From Podarcis vaucheri (lineage: Eukaryota), in the NCBI GenBank assembly GCA_965113315.1, contig OZ220368.1: a stretch of 64,000 nt of DNA; one strand, given 5' to 3'. Made by a program: the position numbers and the translations under genes. Below, piece by piece: positions 1 through 12,904 of this stretch. How positions within the stretch are numbered: position 1 is the stretch's first letter; every line of letters starts with the position of its first letter. The notes under the pieces were generated by a model. That model was not told the origin of the DNA, did no database searches, and worked only from the letters and a program-made list of their open reading frames with translations.

Positions 1-629
1 TAGGTAATTGCTACATTTGGCGCCTTTGCAAATGGCATTGACCCCTTTGTATCCTTGTGCTTTATCAGTGTTTGTTCAACTTCTCAATGATTGTAACTAC
101 TTTCAGGAAAATAAGAAATGGAACCCATGTATTCAGATTGCATCACTTTATTGTAACCATGAAAGTATAAATGTTAATTTTAGCTTCAACCTAATCACTT
201 CCACTCAGCTCACCTTCCTTCTTTCACAAAGTGCCAGATGACCAGATCCATCTCATTTGCCATCCCTTCCTGGATTTCTAGACATGACCTTACTCATGTA
301 GATAGGATTTGCACCCCACCTTGTATCTTGCACCCGAACCTCCCTTTTGCACCCTGCAAACCTGTACCCCCCCATGTAAATTGACGAACCTGTGACGAAT
401 AAGACCACCCACAATTGCGACTGTATAAAATTCTGGACTTACCTTTGGGTGGGGTTCCTCATACCTTTTGTCACCTTTGCGTCGGGAACCTGGTTGCAAC
501 CGAATAAAGGATCTTTGCTCTTAAAAAGCAGCTTGCTTCTTTCTCTCCTTGGTTGGACATAACCCGTCATCTTCAACCGAAGCGGACCCTTTTGGGGCCT
601 CGAACCCAAATTCTAAGTGTTTTGCATCA
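1..629 (+). mobile_element. Probable LTR (solo or 3' LTR); 5' boundary uncertain and possibly upstream of the window
   Basis: TATAAAA at 424-430, AATAAA at 503-508, end at ...GCATCA 629 (CA terminus), and CpG retention above the flanks. No TSD can be verified. Confidence 0.45.
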
Positions 630-779
630 ACCTCATGTTTATTCTTTTGTGCATGTGAGTGATTCTGCTAATATAGAATTCAGTCTAGAACCCTTCTGTT
701 ATTAGTCTTTTGGGAGAATCTGAAACTTAAAAACAGTAATATTGTCTTTCCTAATTTACACAATTCTAATACATATGTA

Positions 780-1029
780 CCGTATATACTCGAGTATAAG
801 CCGACCCACATAGAAGCCGAGGCACCTAATTTGACCACAAAAAACTGGGGAAACTTATTGACTCTAGTATAAGCGGGTTCACCACACCACAAACCTGGTG
901 GTGGTGGCAGCGGTGGAGGAAGAACAAGCAGCTCGAAAGGACCCTCACTCGAGTATAAGCCGGGGGGGGGGGGCTTTTTCAGCATAAAAAATGTGCTGAA
1001 AAAGTCGACTTATATTCAAGTAGATACGG
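780..1029. mobile_element. Tc1/mariner (Tc2-type) MITE
   Basis: TIRs CCGTATATACTCGAGTATAAG and CTTATATTCAAGTAGATACGG; TA at 778-779 and 1030-1031; internal repeats of the TIR motif. Confidence 0.85.
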
Positions 1030-2749
1030 TAAGCTGCTAACGTGCTAAATCCCCAGTAGCAGATGGGGGCATGGCATGGTGGGACTTACCTGACCTCCTG
1101 GCTGCTTACTGGGAGGGTGCTTGGTGCTGTGCAAACACATAGCTGGGTACACCTTATTGGCTCAGGAGGTGTGTTTGCACAGCACAGTTCTCCCCACCAT
1201 CATCTTCCTCCTGGTAAGCAGTAGTGACTCAATTGCTGGGAGGTCAGGTGAGTATCACTGTCCTACCGCACTGTCCACTGCTGCCTATCATAAGAGTTCA
1301 GTCTGGGCAGCTGCTTCTTCTTTTTAAATTAAATACCATATCACATTTTAAAAAATTGCAGAATTTGGAAACCTCTTAATACTGATCACACATTGCTCTG
1401 GTAACCACCCACCTTTGACTTTTCTGAGACGCCCAGATATGCAAAGAAGAGAGAAAAGGGTTATTTCACAGCCAAATCAAAGAGGGGAATTTGTGTGTGT
1501 GTGTAGTTAGATGAGAGAAGTGAAGTGTCTTGGTCAGGCCACATCACGCTAGCCTGGCTGCTTCCTGTGTAGTTTAGGGAGCTTTTGTTGAAAGTGGGCT
1601 TGGCTATTTTTATTAAAACTCATATACCAGGGGTAGGGAACTGCTGGCCTTTAGACTGGAATTGGCCTGCCCAGCCACCTACCAAATTGATTGTGGCACT
1701 ATTAATGGCAGAGATGGCTTTTTGCTAAAGGAAAACACAAGACAGGTGGGGGGGTTAGTATTGGGGTGGTTTTTTCTATATTGATGCTGGAGAAAAATAA
1801 ACTAAGTCCAGTTGCACAGAGTCCAGCAGAGTAACGGTTTGGTTTTTTTGCAGAGACATGTCCAACAACCCTTACAATTACAAATACTAAATACCATGTG
1901 AAATACTACACACACACACACACACAAATACTATACTAAATATTGGTGAGCAATTTCATTTGTGTTGGGGCAGGAATGATGAGAGTGTCTGAGGGCACAG
2001 TTATGAATTCATTTGATTTTACGTTAGTTTCTTGTCCAGTTAATGTAAGTGTATTTTGTTCATCAAAAAAGCAAGCAAAGCTCATCTTTAAGTTAATGGG
2101 TGTGGTGTAAGTTTGTGTGTGGAGTGGATATTGGATCTCCTAATAATGAATATAATATTGAATTTGATTATGAACGTGATTTTTCAAAATTGCAAGCTGA
2201 TTAGTTTTTAATGCAACTGCACTGGTTTCTGATAGGCATAGCTTGAAAAATGCAGCTGTTGGCTTTGGCCCCACCTACTTTTGGCATGTAACCACCAGAG
2301 GGTCTGCCAGAAAAGGCTTCCCCACCTCTGACATGAATTCCTCCATCAGTTAGCAGTGCCAACATTTTAATCTGGCCATTCCACACTGGGACGGTGTGAG
2401 TGTACAGCCTTGCCTCTGAGATATTAACCAGAGCAGTGGCACTTCTGCAAAACCAGTACCTTGGCCAAATGCCAACTTCAATCTCCCCAATTTACTCTGT
2501 CACATTCCCACTGCTGCTTTCAGGTAGTTCTACAGTTGTTCTAGCAGCATTGCACATAGTTACACACAGCTGTCTTGCTTCTTCCCAGAGGTGGCTACAG
2601 TTGGACTCATTTTAGGTGGTTGTGTGGCAAAGAGATGGTTATGTTTCTCCAGCACATGGACTTAATAAGAATATGAGTTCATCTCCATAGTTACAAAGGA
2701 GGTTCTTACAATGTTTGTTCTGTGCTCTAATAAATACAATGCAAGGATG

Positions 2750-2902
2750 ATGGATAGAGAATCTGCCTTATCTGCCGATGGTTCTAGGTTCAGTTCCTGG
2801 CATCTCCAGGTAGCTTTGAGGAAAACTCCTGCCTGAAACCCTGGAGAGTCACTGCCAGCCAGTGTAGACAATCCTGAGCTAGGTGGGCCAATAGTCTTAC
2901 TT
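2750..2902 (+). mobile_element. Squam3-like tRNA-derived SINE, degenerate
   Basis: B-box-like GGTTCAGTTCC followed by GCATCTCCAG...CCTGGAGAGTCACTGCCAG..GTAGACAAT; similar to the copies at 6176 and 35350. Confidence 0.65.
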
Positions 2903-3067
2903 CCTTTGTTCCTATGGGGAGGCCTTGCTCCCTGTTTCTCCATAGTTTCTGACAACAGTGGTATGTTTAGTTTGCAGGACTCATTTACTAGGGGAAGTGA
3001 AAGGGCAAATTAGAAGCAATGTGACATGAACTCACCTGAGTTGTTCTGAACTCTGAAGACACACTCT

Positions 3068-3580
3068 CAGCACTACCCCAAGCCATTTTGTCACCTGAGG
3101 CAAACCGCAAAATGGTACCCTCCCTCCCCACCAGGGAAGAAGGGGGTGAGTGAAGATCTACATCAGGAACAAGGGAGTGGAGTGAAGATCTGTATCAAGA
3201 ACAAGGGAGGGGGAAATCAAATCAGCCTTATCCAAAGGTTGAAGTGGAAATCAGAGGCCATCACAGTGGGGGTGGGGGGAGAAGGGACCTGGTCTGAATC
3301 AGGATTGGTGGATGCAGAGCCCAGGAGTCCACCATATCCTTCCTAGGGGTGGGAGGAGACCAGGAGTGCCTCCTGTTCACTGAGAAGCCACTGTGGAGGT
3401 GGCCTGGGAGGGCTTCCGAGGAGGCAGCAGATCTGGCCTCCAAAGAGCGCACCACGGCTGTCGCTGCAGCAGTGGTAGCAGCAGCAGGTGCTGCATTCCT
3501 TGGAGGCTGGATCTGCTGCCCCTGCGGATCCTGCTGCTGAAGGAGGTTGCTTACCTTGCCTCATGGATGGGCCGGCCCTG
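3068..3580. mobile_element. hAT-like non-autonomous DNA element, copy 1
   Basis: Ends in GGGCCGGCCCTG; shares CAGGGAAGAAGGGG-TGAGTGAAGATCTACATCAGGA and TTCCTTGGAGGCTGGATCTGCTG with 35954-36315. Confidence 0.6.
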
Positions 3581-5389
3581 AGCACTATTTTACAGTTCAG
3601 AAAGGGACAAAGAGAGTGCAGGTGAACATTTCCCCTGCACATTGTTTTTTCCTCAACCCACTCTTTAAAGCTGTTTTTCTCCTAGCAGGAGTTGCTTTTG
3701 GTTGCAGAGTCAAGGGGCGGGGGGGGGGATGAAATAAGCATTTTCAGGAAGAAAAGAATGGGTAAGCTGGGCAAGGGATGGCTTCAGTTCCTTGCCACCA
3801 ACTCTGCTTTAAATTTCCACTCTGCCATGTTAGGATTTGGTGACATCCTGCTCCTGATTCCAGGGTCTTTTATTTTGCATAGGACTTCATTGGAAAGGAG
3901 GTGGTTCCTGACCTCAGGCCTGCACCTTTGTAATAGGGGCTGTTCGTTTTATTGCACTGCAAGCCTATCAGTGTCTCTCTCATGTCTGTGGATAATCTTG
4001 TTTCATGCTATATGAAAGGATATCTCCAGTTACCCATGGTAGGAAGTGGGGGAGTGCAGTTTAGGTACCATAGGCCCACTTAGCACAGTCCTGTAGCCAC
4101 ATGGTGTTACTTCCCTGTGATGCAACCCTACACAGCTGTGGTTTACTTGGAAATAATTCAACCAGGTGGGCAGAGCTGCTTGCAAAGACCTTCCTCACTC
4201 TTTTGTACTTGTCTCTTGCTAGGTAGCAAAAGCTCTTGCAATTGGTTCCACCCAAGAGTTTGCAACGTTTGCACAATGTCACTCTAGTTGGCTCTAAAAC
4301 TGCTTAGTAGTCTTATCAAACTGCTGTAGAAGTAGCAAAAAATGAGAAACTGAAGGGTTACAGTTAAATCCTTGAAACCCACATTCTCTCCACTATCAAT
4401 TCATTCCTTTTTCCCTGCGCCTAATTTTCTGTTAAGTGCAAGTATTTCAGGAATTTGTAAGGAATTATGATGGGGGTGGGGTGGAGGGAGTGATGTTGAT
4501 GGAGAATGGGAGGTAGGGAAGACTCATCCAATACAAACCATCTGTTCTCCAGCTTCCAGAGCTGCAGCGTCTGGGATGAAGGCACTGATCTAAACCAGAC
4601 GTTGTTTCAGACAATAAAACCATATTACATGTTAATGAGAGTGTACATCTCAGAAGAAAAGGTGTGAGGCTCACTGGGTGTTCTCACCCTCTTGGGCCAG
4701 GTGTGGCTCCAAAGCCAATGCATTGTCACTTGTTGTCATCAGAGGGTTTTTACGGCCAGTTAATGGGACCGACTGCTTTCTCTCTGGCCCTTATGTAGAA
4801 GAGATGCCCTCAAGTTTTGTTTTAGTCTTAAAAAAGAAATCACAAATGACCACCGCCCAGCGGCTTTTAGACTGATGCTTCCTTTGAACTTTATGTAGGA
4901 ATCTTACTCCCCAATAATTCATGGATTTGAAGACTAGGTGAGGTCGCCTTGACTTTTAGCATGAGAAATATTTTACTCCTGCTCTCCAAACATGTCTTAG
5001 GTTTGATCCATGATTTCTAAATGAACATGTTAAAAAATACAAAAGCTTGTTTGTTAGACCCATCGTTCAGGAATAACCTGAGCTGAAAACAGACCACTTG
5101 CTAAACAGTTTTGTGAACTCTCTCCTGCCATGAATTTTCTGTGTAACTTTAGTCAGTGCTACGTGTGGCCTGGTTCACGTCATGCTAAGCCAAATCATAG
5201 CTAAACATGAACAGCCAGCATGTGGGGACATGGAGCAAAAATCATGATTGCTCTGCTCCTCCCCCAGTCCTGCTGCTGTTTTGTTACCCAGAGCTAAGCC
5301 AGGATTTGGCTTAGCGTTATTTGACCATGACTTTTGCTCTGTGCTTGCTCATTCATGCTTAGCACTACATGTGAACTGAGTCATTATCG

Positions 5390-5520
5390 CTCAGTCACCA
5401 TGCCATCTGCAATATGAAATGATACTACTAACTTATATGACAGGGTTCTTGTAAGGATTTCATCAGGACAATGTATGTGAAACACTTTGGACACTGTACA
5501 GTGCAATATGAATAATAAGT
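5390..5520 (+). mobile_element. MIR/CORE-SINE remnant
   Basis: CCATCTGCAATATGAAATGATACTAC...AGGGTTCTTGTAAGGATT...AATGTATGTGAAACACTT matches the MIR core/3' pattern. Confidence 0.55.
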
Positions 5521-6175
5521 AGCAGCATTAGATATTAGGTTGGGATTTGCAAGGGCCATGTGTGCTTCCATGTGGGTTACAAGAAACAGGTTTAATAGGG
5601 ACCACACTGGGCCACTTAGCTATTCTCCCTCCCCTGTACTTTTCCATTTAACATTTTGAACATAACTCTGCCCATTTTAGTACAAAAAAAACAAATTGCT
5701 TGCCTTTATAGAAGTTTAAACCTCTCTGCTACTCCCAACACTTGCCTTCTCTTTTAATGGCACTCTGGTAATTGCTGCTAAGCAGAGCTATCTATCTCCA
5801 AAGTCTTTGGCATGACCTTCCCCCTACTTGTTCCTCTGTGTTCTCCTGAAGAAGAGGGGCTTATGCCCCCAGACATGCCACAACTGGCATGAATAAGATA
5901 CTTTCCTTGGAGGGGAGGCTGCAAGAGATCGAGCTTGCTGATAAATTTGAAGTAGTGAGGCTTTGAGAGATGTGGGCTGAAGGCACAGTTCAGTGAAGGA
6001 CCCATCTCGAGGCAAATGGCATGCCCCCAGCAAGAACCACCTTTCTTTGCAAGAAGGTTTAAAAGGCTACAACAGCAGACACAGGAATAACTCACCAAAT
6101 GCTCACTTTACTCTTGTGTGGATGTTTGCGGACTTGAGGTTTTGGCCAGTTCACATAATACGACTGTGTGAGGTC

Positions 6176-6362
6176 TGGGCTGTACATTACTGGTAGAGCA
6201 CATGCTTTGTATGCAGTAACCCCCAAGTTCATGTTTTGCATCTCCAGTTAGAAAAGATCTGGGGTGCGGATCCTGACTCTGAGACCTTAGAGAGCTGCTC
6301 CCAGTTGGAATGCTGAATACTAGGTAGACCCAGTAGTCTGACTTCGTAGAAGGCAGATTCAT
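6176..6362 (+). mobile_element. Squam3-like tRNA-derived SINE
   Basis: A-box-like TGGTAGAGCACATGCTTTGTATGCAG, then GCATCTCCAGTTAGAAAAGATC...GAGACCTTAGAGAGCTGCT, and tail AAGGCAGATTCATG. Confidence 0.7.
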
Positions 6363-8262
6363 GCATCATTTTCTCCATGGCAAGGGGGTTCTGTGCACAA
6401 TTTAGAACTATACAGACGGCTGTTAAGAACTAGGGAGGTTTAAATGAAGAAGAGTCTAAAATTGTGGTTTGTGCTTAAATTAAATGATTCAGATATTCCC
6501 CCCCCCCTTTCAAGTATGGTGCAATTCATTGCGCTTCATTTCAATGAGGGTTGTGTGTGTGTGTGTGAGAGAGAGAGAACTTGTGGATTGTGCCCCATGA
6601 CTCAGATCTGTCTCCCATTCTTCTCTCTGTAATTGCACCCATAATCTGCCTCACCTTGATTCATGGTAGGGCTACTTCTGGCTTTTCCTGGGATTCCTGG
6701 GTTCATGGTGGGTACCATCCAATACTTGGCACATGCCTGAATTGTTCTAGTGCCAGCAGTGCCCTGGCTTTCTTTGTTGTACTGTATTTAACTGGAGTTG
6801 CAGCCTGCCTGTCGCTTCTCAGTTGGGCTCTCATTTGTGTTTCATTTCTTCCCTGAATCTTCTCTGGCAATAAATTGGGAACCCTTTCCTCCTCCTCCTT
6901 CTTGTGCTGCCAGCATTCTACTTCTTTGGTGATTTTGTGCTTTGTGTATTTCTGGAGCACTGCCTCCAAAATACAGTATTGCCTTTCTCCTATTGCCTTT
7001 CAAAACTCAAAAGTCTTATTTTAGTTTGTTTGGTTTCTTTTTGTTTGCCTTTCCATTGATTGTTGCCTTTGCTTGGGCTTTTTACCAGTTGCTGCCTTAT
7101 ATTCTCATTTTAATTTTCTTTCCTTCTAAGCCAGTCTCCACCATTCCTGAAGTCTATTTCTGATGCCGATTTTAAAACTGTTATCCCATTGTGCCACAGA
7201 GAGCATCAGAATGCTATATTCACAAAACATTTTTTTCCTCTCAGGATCATGAACTGATTAATATATAAATAATTACAAGACTGATATATCTATAAGATTA
7301 TTCTGTGGGGCATCAGAATATAAGTGGCTCTCACGTATACCCCAGGAAGCTCTGCCTCTTAAAGTACATAAGACGCTTCCCCCAAACATCACCAGATCCC
7401 TATCAATTGCTTTGACGGTGTCATGTTTTTCTTAGACTGTTTTTGGGTTTGCTGGAATTTTGCAGCTGAATAGCAGCAAAGGAGTGGAATTATTTTTCAT
7501 TTCTTCTGTTTATTATGCATCGAGGGCCCTGAACTGGGTTTGGAAAGGAAAGAGGTGTGAATTAGTTTGGGGAAGCTTGAAAAGCCACACTGGGGGATCA
7601 GGCAGCATAGATCCAAGGCAAGTTTCTGTCTCCAGTCTTGCCTCCCCCTCTCTGCCCCGAAACCTCTCTACTTAAAACAAGCAAAGAGAGCTGACAACCC
7701 ACAACAATGGCTCCCTTTCTTCTCTGTTGCTGGTGTTTTGATAGTTTTATGTTACACCCCCCCCCCACCCTCCGTTGTGGGTTGGAGCTATGGAGGGGGG
7801 CATGTAGAGAATCTGACATGAGCGACATGATGTAATGTTTTTTTTCCAGCCTAGAAACGAGGCAATTTTTCACCCAAGGTCAGCAAAATTTATGTCAAGC
7901 CCCCAGACTCCTAGCTGGCTGGGCCTTGAGGTGGAGTGGGGGGAGAAGGAAAGAGCATTTGGAAAGGCAGGCACCTAGCCTGCCCTGTCTGCACTTTTGC
8001 AGTTGGAGGGGCCAGCCTCACTCCACAGCTTCAACTAAAAGCATTGCATCTGCAGCCTATGAGTGGGGAAGACCATTTTATACCCCGCGTTTTGTTGATC
8101 AGCCATCACATCTGTTTCCTATTGAAAGCCTATTTGGAGGAGACAGACAGAGAGAGCGCCTTTTTATAGTTTAATAATCTTGGAGGCAATACGCCAGTCC
8201 CTTGCGGATTGTCCACTAATCGCTCCCCTCCCCCATCCCTTGTGGTTTTCATTTTAACTTCC

Positions 8263-8762
8263 TTTTTTTTTAAATAAAATTTTTATTGGTTTTACAAAGT
8301 TTTTAAATAACAAACAAACACTTAAAAAGACAAACATACACGTATAGTTTCATACCATATTTTCATAAACCTCTTTTCTTGGACTTCCCCTCCCCCCCCC
8401 TTTCTGCATCCCAATGTCCATAATTTTTAGCAACTCCCAATTGTTACTTCCAACCTCTGTCATCTTAGTCTTCTCTATATTCTGGGCTTATATCACTGTA
8501 TCCCTTTGTCTCTGAAAACCACAACACTTTAACATTCATTAAGTTTATAATAGTCCTTAAGGTAGCTTTTAAATTTTCTCCATTCTTCTTCCACCGTCTC
8601 CTTTCGTTGGTCACGGATTCTGCCTGTCATCTCAGCCAATGTCATATAGTCCATCACTTTCATCTGCCATTCTTCCAGCGTGGGTAGATCTTGTGTCTTC
8701 CAATACTTCGCGATGAGTATTCTTGCTGCTGTTGTAGCATACATAAAAAAAGTTCTATCCCG
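8263..8762 (-). mobile_element. 5'-truncated L1/Tx1-clade LINE (ORF2 C-terminus, 3'UTR and polyA)
   Basis: Encodes FMYATTAARILIAKYWK...WQMKVMDYMTLAEMT...WRKFKSYL; poly-T at 8263 on the + strand; 10-bp TSD TTTAACTTCC at 8253-8262 and 8763-8772. Confidence 0.85.
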
Positions 8763-9067
8763 TTTAACTTCCACTAAAACAAAATAATCGTAATAAACCA
8801 ACTTGAATGTTAGAGTTCCACCGAAATTATCCTTTTCAGCACCACCTCTGCTCTTTCTTGGGGTTCTAGAATATACAACGCACTTCTATTCAATCCCTTC
8901 CCTTTATGCTTTCCATTTTGGAGTTTTTTTTTGTGTTGGCACTTAAAAGTTACATATGATAAGCTGTGAGTTGTCAGCTCTTTCTGCTTGCTTGGGGTAG
9001 AGGAAAAATGTGGAAAAATACTAGAGGGAGAAAGGATCCACCCACCTGATTTCCCCCTGCCCCTATA

Positions 9068-9280
9068 CAGTGGTACCTCCGGTTACGTACTTAATTCGTT
9101 CCGGAGGTCCGTTTTTAACCTGAAATTGTTCTTAACCTGAAGCACCACTTTAGCTAATGGGGCCTCCTGCTGCTGCTGCGCCGTCAGAGCACGATTACTG
9201 TTCTCATCCTGAAGCAGTTAGCGGAGTCTGTAACCTGAAGCGTATGTAACCTGAAGCGTATGTAACCTGAGGTACCACTG
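9068..9280. mobile_element. Tigger/pogo-type MITE, family A
   Basis: TIRs CAGTGGTACCTC and GAGGTACCACTG with TA on both sides; inverted copy at 33748-33973. Confidence 0.9.
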
Positions 9281-10853
9281 TACCAGCTTTTCAAGCCTCT
9301 CTCAAACTAACTTACACCTCTCCTTCCTTCCTAGTCTAAGCACCACAGCTGGATAAGATCCCCACCACCACTGAGGACAGAGTAGTGTTTCTGAAAGATG
9401 ACCTGGCTTTGCTGACTCTCCACATAAGCGATGCTCAGGGGTGGGCATGTGCTTGGGGAGTGTTAATGTGGCTTGCAAAGGAGAAACCTGGGTGGATCTG
9501 AGGGGTGAAAATGGGGTAGAGGAAGTACGTTCACCCCAAACCACCTAAGGCTTCCTGGATTAAACCCAGCACCTTGAATTGTGCTGGGGAGATTATCTAA
9601 TTATGTGGGGACCAGAAGAGGCTTGGCCCGCTCTTTTGTGATGGCTTCCTTAGCCTCTGGTTTTAGAAGGCTTCAGAGGATCTAAGGTCAAAGGAGGGCT
9701 TCTGGCAGAGTTTCATTACAGATGCTGAATTCCCTCTCCCATCAGCACTGCACTGGAACACTTTTCAGGTGTGTAAGCTCCCAAAGTGTTTTTTTAAGTG
9801 GGTTTCTGGAATGAGGTTGGTTGGGGGAGTGATACAGTTTTTATTAAACATGCATCCAATATGACAGAGTAGCACTACAACAAATGAAACCTCTCGAAAA
9901 GCCTCACCTCACTACAGATGGTGCAGGAATTCACAAAAGAGCACCCGGTGATCTTAATAGTCCCGTTCTGGGGGGTAGGCAAACTGACAAGGGAGAAGGT
10001 AAGCCTCTTCAGATTCCCCTTTCTGTTCTTGTCAGGGTTTCTTGCTTGGGCACAAGACAGATATATCCAAATCTCTTTTTTGGGGAGCCCTTTGCCTCTT
10101 TTCTTAGGTCCCAATCAAACTCCCCTGTATTTTTTGCAGTTTTATTTTACTGATTCAAACATGTCAGCTGCTCCTATAATGAGGATGCTAATACCTTGAC
10201 TCCTAGGGCTGCAGAGAAATAATTGAAATTCCTAACTATGCAAATTTATTGCAACCTTTTTATAGCCCCATGTAAACTTTGATTCTGTAAATGGCTGCAT
10301 CAACAACTTCGTTTGTCAGAATATTCTTTCTTTACTGTTCCTGCTCTGCTCAAATCCATGAATGTTGGCATTTAGTGTAGGTCTTGCAATTAAAACTGCA
10401 GCCCTAATTTCCCAATTTCCCAAGGAGCATGCATGAGCAAGTCCCACGGAAGGGAATGGGAGCTGCAGAAGAGCTTTTAATGTTCATGTTTTGTTCATTT
10501 CAGTAGGACTTGTTCATGAGGAGTTCCTCCTGGTTTGTGTCTTAGACTTACAGGGCTGGAAGGTATAATTGGTGGGATTCTTCTGGAGCAAATGGCCAGT
10601 AAAAGACAACATGATTCTTTGGTCACATATGTCTTTTCCCTCTGACTTCTGCTTCCCCAAACTGGATGCACCCCGATCCTGAAGCTTTTGACTGCTGCTT
10701 CACTTCTTTTTCCAAGTGTATTCTTTTATCTCTACCCCCCTTTCCATTTTTGTTTAGCTTCATTGCTTTTGATGTTCCGAACCTCCTATCAGCACAGCTC
10801 CCATAATGCCAGCCCTGTGCCTTTCATTATCACGTTAACAAACTTGAGTCGTG

Positions 10854-10985
10854 NNNNNNNNNNNNNNNNNNNNNNNNNNNNNNNNNNNNNNNNNNNNNNN
10901 NNNNNNNNNNNNNNNNNNNNNNNNNNNNNNNNNNNNNNNNNNNNNNNNNNNNNNNNNNNNNNNNNNNNNNNNNNNNNNNNNNNNN
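10854..10985. other. Assembly gap (N run)
   Basis: Run of N. Confidence 0.99.
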
Positions 10986-11377
10986 GGCTTGACAAATCCG
11001 GTTGGATGTGGCCTCAGATAAACATTTGCTGAAAATGGATGAACAGGAACTGGTTGTGGGTGAGGGAAGAGAGATTTGTTGTGCATGTGTACATGCATGT
11101 GTGCATGCATGCATGCATGTATGTTAACTGCATATAAATGCTATTCCAGCAAATCAGTTAGCTTTCCTCTTTCCCTTTTGACACTCAGATGCTGTTTTAT
11201 GAGGAAGTAAGTCCCCAGTGATTTCAGTGAAATTTGCTTTGCCACAACTGCATTATGATGCAATCTCTGATTGGGTTTTTTGCACACATACAACTAATTT
11301 CCAGTCTTTATTCCAGAAACTAGTGTAAATCTACATAGAGTTTGGACTTGATATCCCGCCCTTCACTCCCCTTAAGG

Positions 11378-11484
11378 CAGGCATGTCCAAAGTCCGTTTA
11401 TGGGGCCTAATCCGGCCCACCGGTTGATTTAATCCAGACCCCGTGGCAGTATATGTCCTGGGGTAAAATCCTAAAAAGCTCAAC

Positions 11485-11535
<51 letters not shown>

Positions 11536-12488
11536 TTATTATTTGTACCCCGCCCATCTGGCTGGATTTCCCCAGCCACTCTGGGCGGCTTCCACAGAAA
11601 CCAAAAAACACTAAAATATCATACATTAAAAGCTTCCCTGAATAGGGCCGCCTTAAGATGTCTTCTGAATGTCAGGTAGTTGTCCATCACCTTGACATCC
11701 AATGGGAGGGCATTCCACAGGGCGGGCGCCACCACCGAAAAGGCCCTCTGCCTGGTTCCCTGTAGCTTCGCTTCTCGTAATGAGGGAACCGCCAGAAGGC
11801 CCTCGGCGCTGGACCTCAGTGTCCGGGCAGAACGATGGGGGAGGAGACGCTCCTTCAGGTATACTGGGCCAAAGCCGTTTAGGGCTTTAAAGGTCAACAC
11901 CAGCACTTTGAATTGTGCTCGGAAACGTACTGGGAGCCAATGTAGGTCTTTCAAGACCGGTGTTATGTGGTCTCGGCGGCCGCCCCCAGTCACCAGTCTA
12001 GCTGCCGCATTCTGGATTAGCTGTAGTTTCCGAGTCACCTTCAAAGGTAGCCCCACGTAGAGCGCATTGCAGTAGTCCAAGCGGGAGATAACTAGAGCAT
12101 GCACCACTCTGGCCAGACAGTCCGCGGGCAGGTAGGGTCTCAGCCTGCGTACCAGGTGGAGTTGGTAGACAGCTGCCCTGGATACAGAATTGACCTGCGC
12201 CTCCATGGACAGCTGTGAGTCCAAAATGACTCCCAGGCTACACACCTGGTCCTTCAGGGGCACAGTTACCCTATTCAGGACCAGGGAGTCCTCCACACCA
12301 GCCCGCCCCCTGTCCCCCAAAAACAGTACTTCTGTCTTGTCAGGATTCAACTTCAATCCATTAGCCGCCATCCATCCTCTCAACAACTTCAATCCTAAAA
12401 AAAAACACCCTCAAAAACTTTGGTAGGCCCTCACGCATTGTCACTTCATCAAATCTGGCCCTCTTTGAAAAAAGTTTGGGCACCCCTG
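11378..12488. mobile_element. hAT (Charlie-type) MITE interrupted by an L2
   Basis: TIRs CAGGCATGTCCAAA and TTTGGGCACCCCTG; 8-bp TSD CCTTAAGG (11370-11377) and CCTTAAGA (12489-12496). Confidence 0.85.
11485..12378 (-). mobile_element. Young 5'-truncated L2 LINE (RT C-terminal region, 3'UTR and (TTA)n tail)
   Basis: Open ORF 11619-12392 with WMAANGLKLNPDKTE, LGVILDSQLS, SRLDYCNALY, HITPVLKDLHWLPV and RAFSVVAPALWNALP; (TAA)n at about 11486-11535; short TSD CTCAAC at 11479-11484 and 12379-12384. Confidence 0.95.
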
Positions 12489-12904
12489 CCTTAAGAAGTC
12501 TCAAAGTGGCTAACAATCTCCTTTCCCTTCCTCCCTTACAACAAACACTCTGTGAGGTGAGTGAGGCTGAGAGACTTCAGAGAAGTGTGACTAGCCCAAG
12601 GTCACCCAGCAGCTGCATGTGGAGGAGGGGGAAAGCGAACCCAGTTCACCAGATTACGAGTCCACCGCTCTTAACCACTACACCACACACTCTCTCCATA
12701 TATATATTTAAAATAGCATAGAGACAGTGTTAGACAATGTCAGTAATGTACCAGTTTCACCATGTGTAAAATGGGCATCAGATGGACTTGCCTTAAAGGT
12801 TGTGTGGTATAACAGAGAAAATTGCTCTTGCTGCATCTCTAGCAAACTTGATCTTGAAGATGGGGTTGAATCAGTCTAAATAAATATTGACCTTCTTGTC
12901 ACAC

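Larger units (their letters stand above)
11337..12690 (-). mobile_element. tRNA-derived SINE with L2-type tail, split by a nested hAT MITE (pieces 11337-11377 and 12489-12690)
   Basis: Both pieces match the reverse complement of the intact copies at 12923-13184 and 62088-62360 and join colinearly across the 8-bp duplication. Confidence 0.9.

Noticed and set aside
5168-5385. Imperfect inverted repeats suggesting a miRNA hairpin
   Set aside because: Pairing is too degenerate. An old Harbinger-like MITE relic is more likely, and I could not define its ends.
8763-8801. N-terminus (MVYYDYF...) of the 90-aa L1 ORF
   Set aside because: It lies outside the TSD-bounded element, so it is chance read-through from flanking DNA.
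11680-12060. 126-aa plus-strand ORF, and likewise 51878-52393
   Set aside because: These are antisense shadows of the L2 and Bov-B coding sequences.
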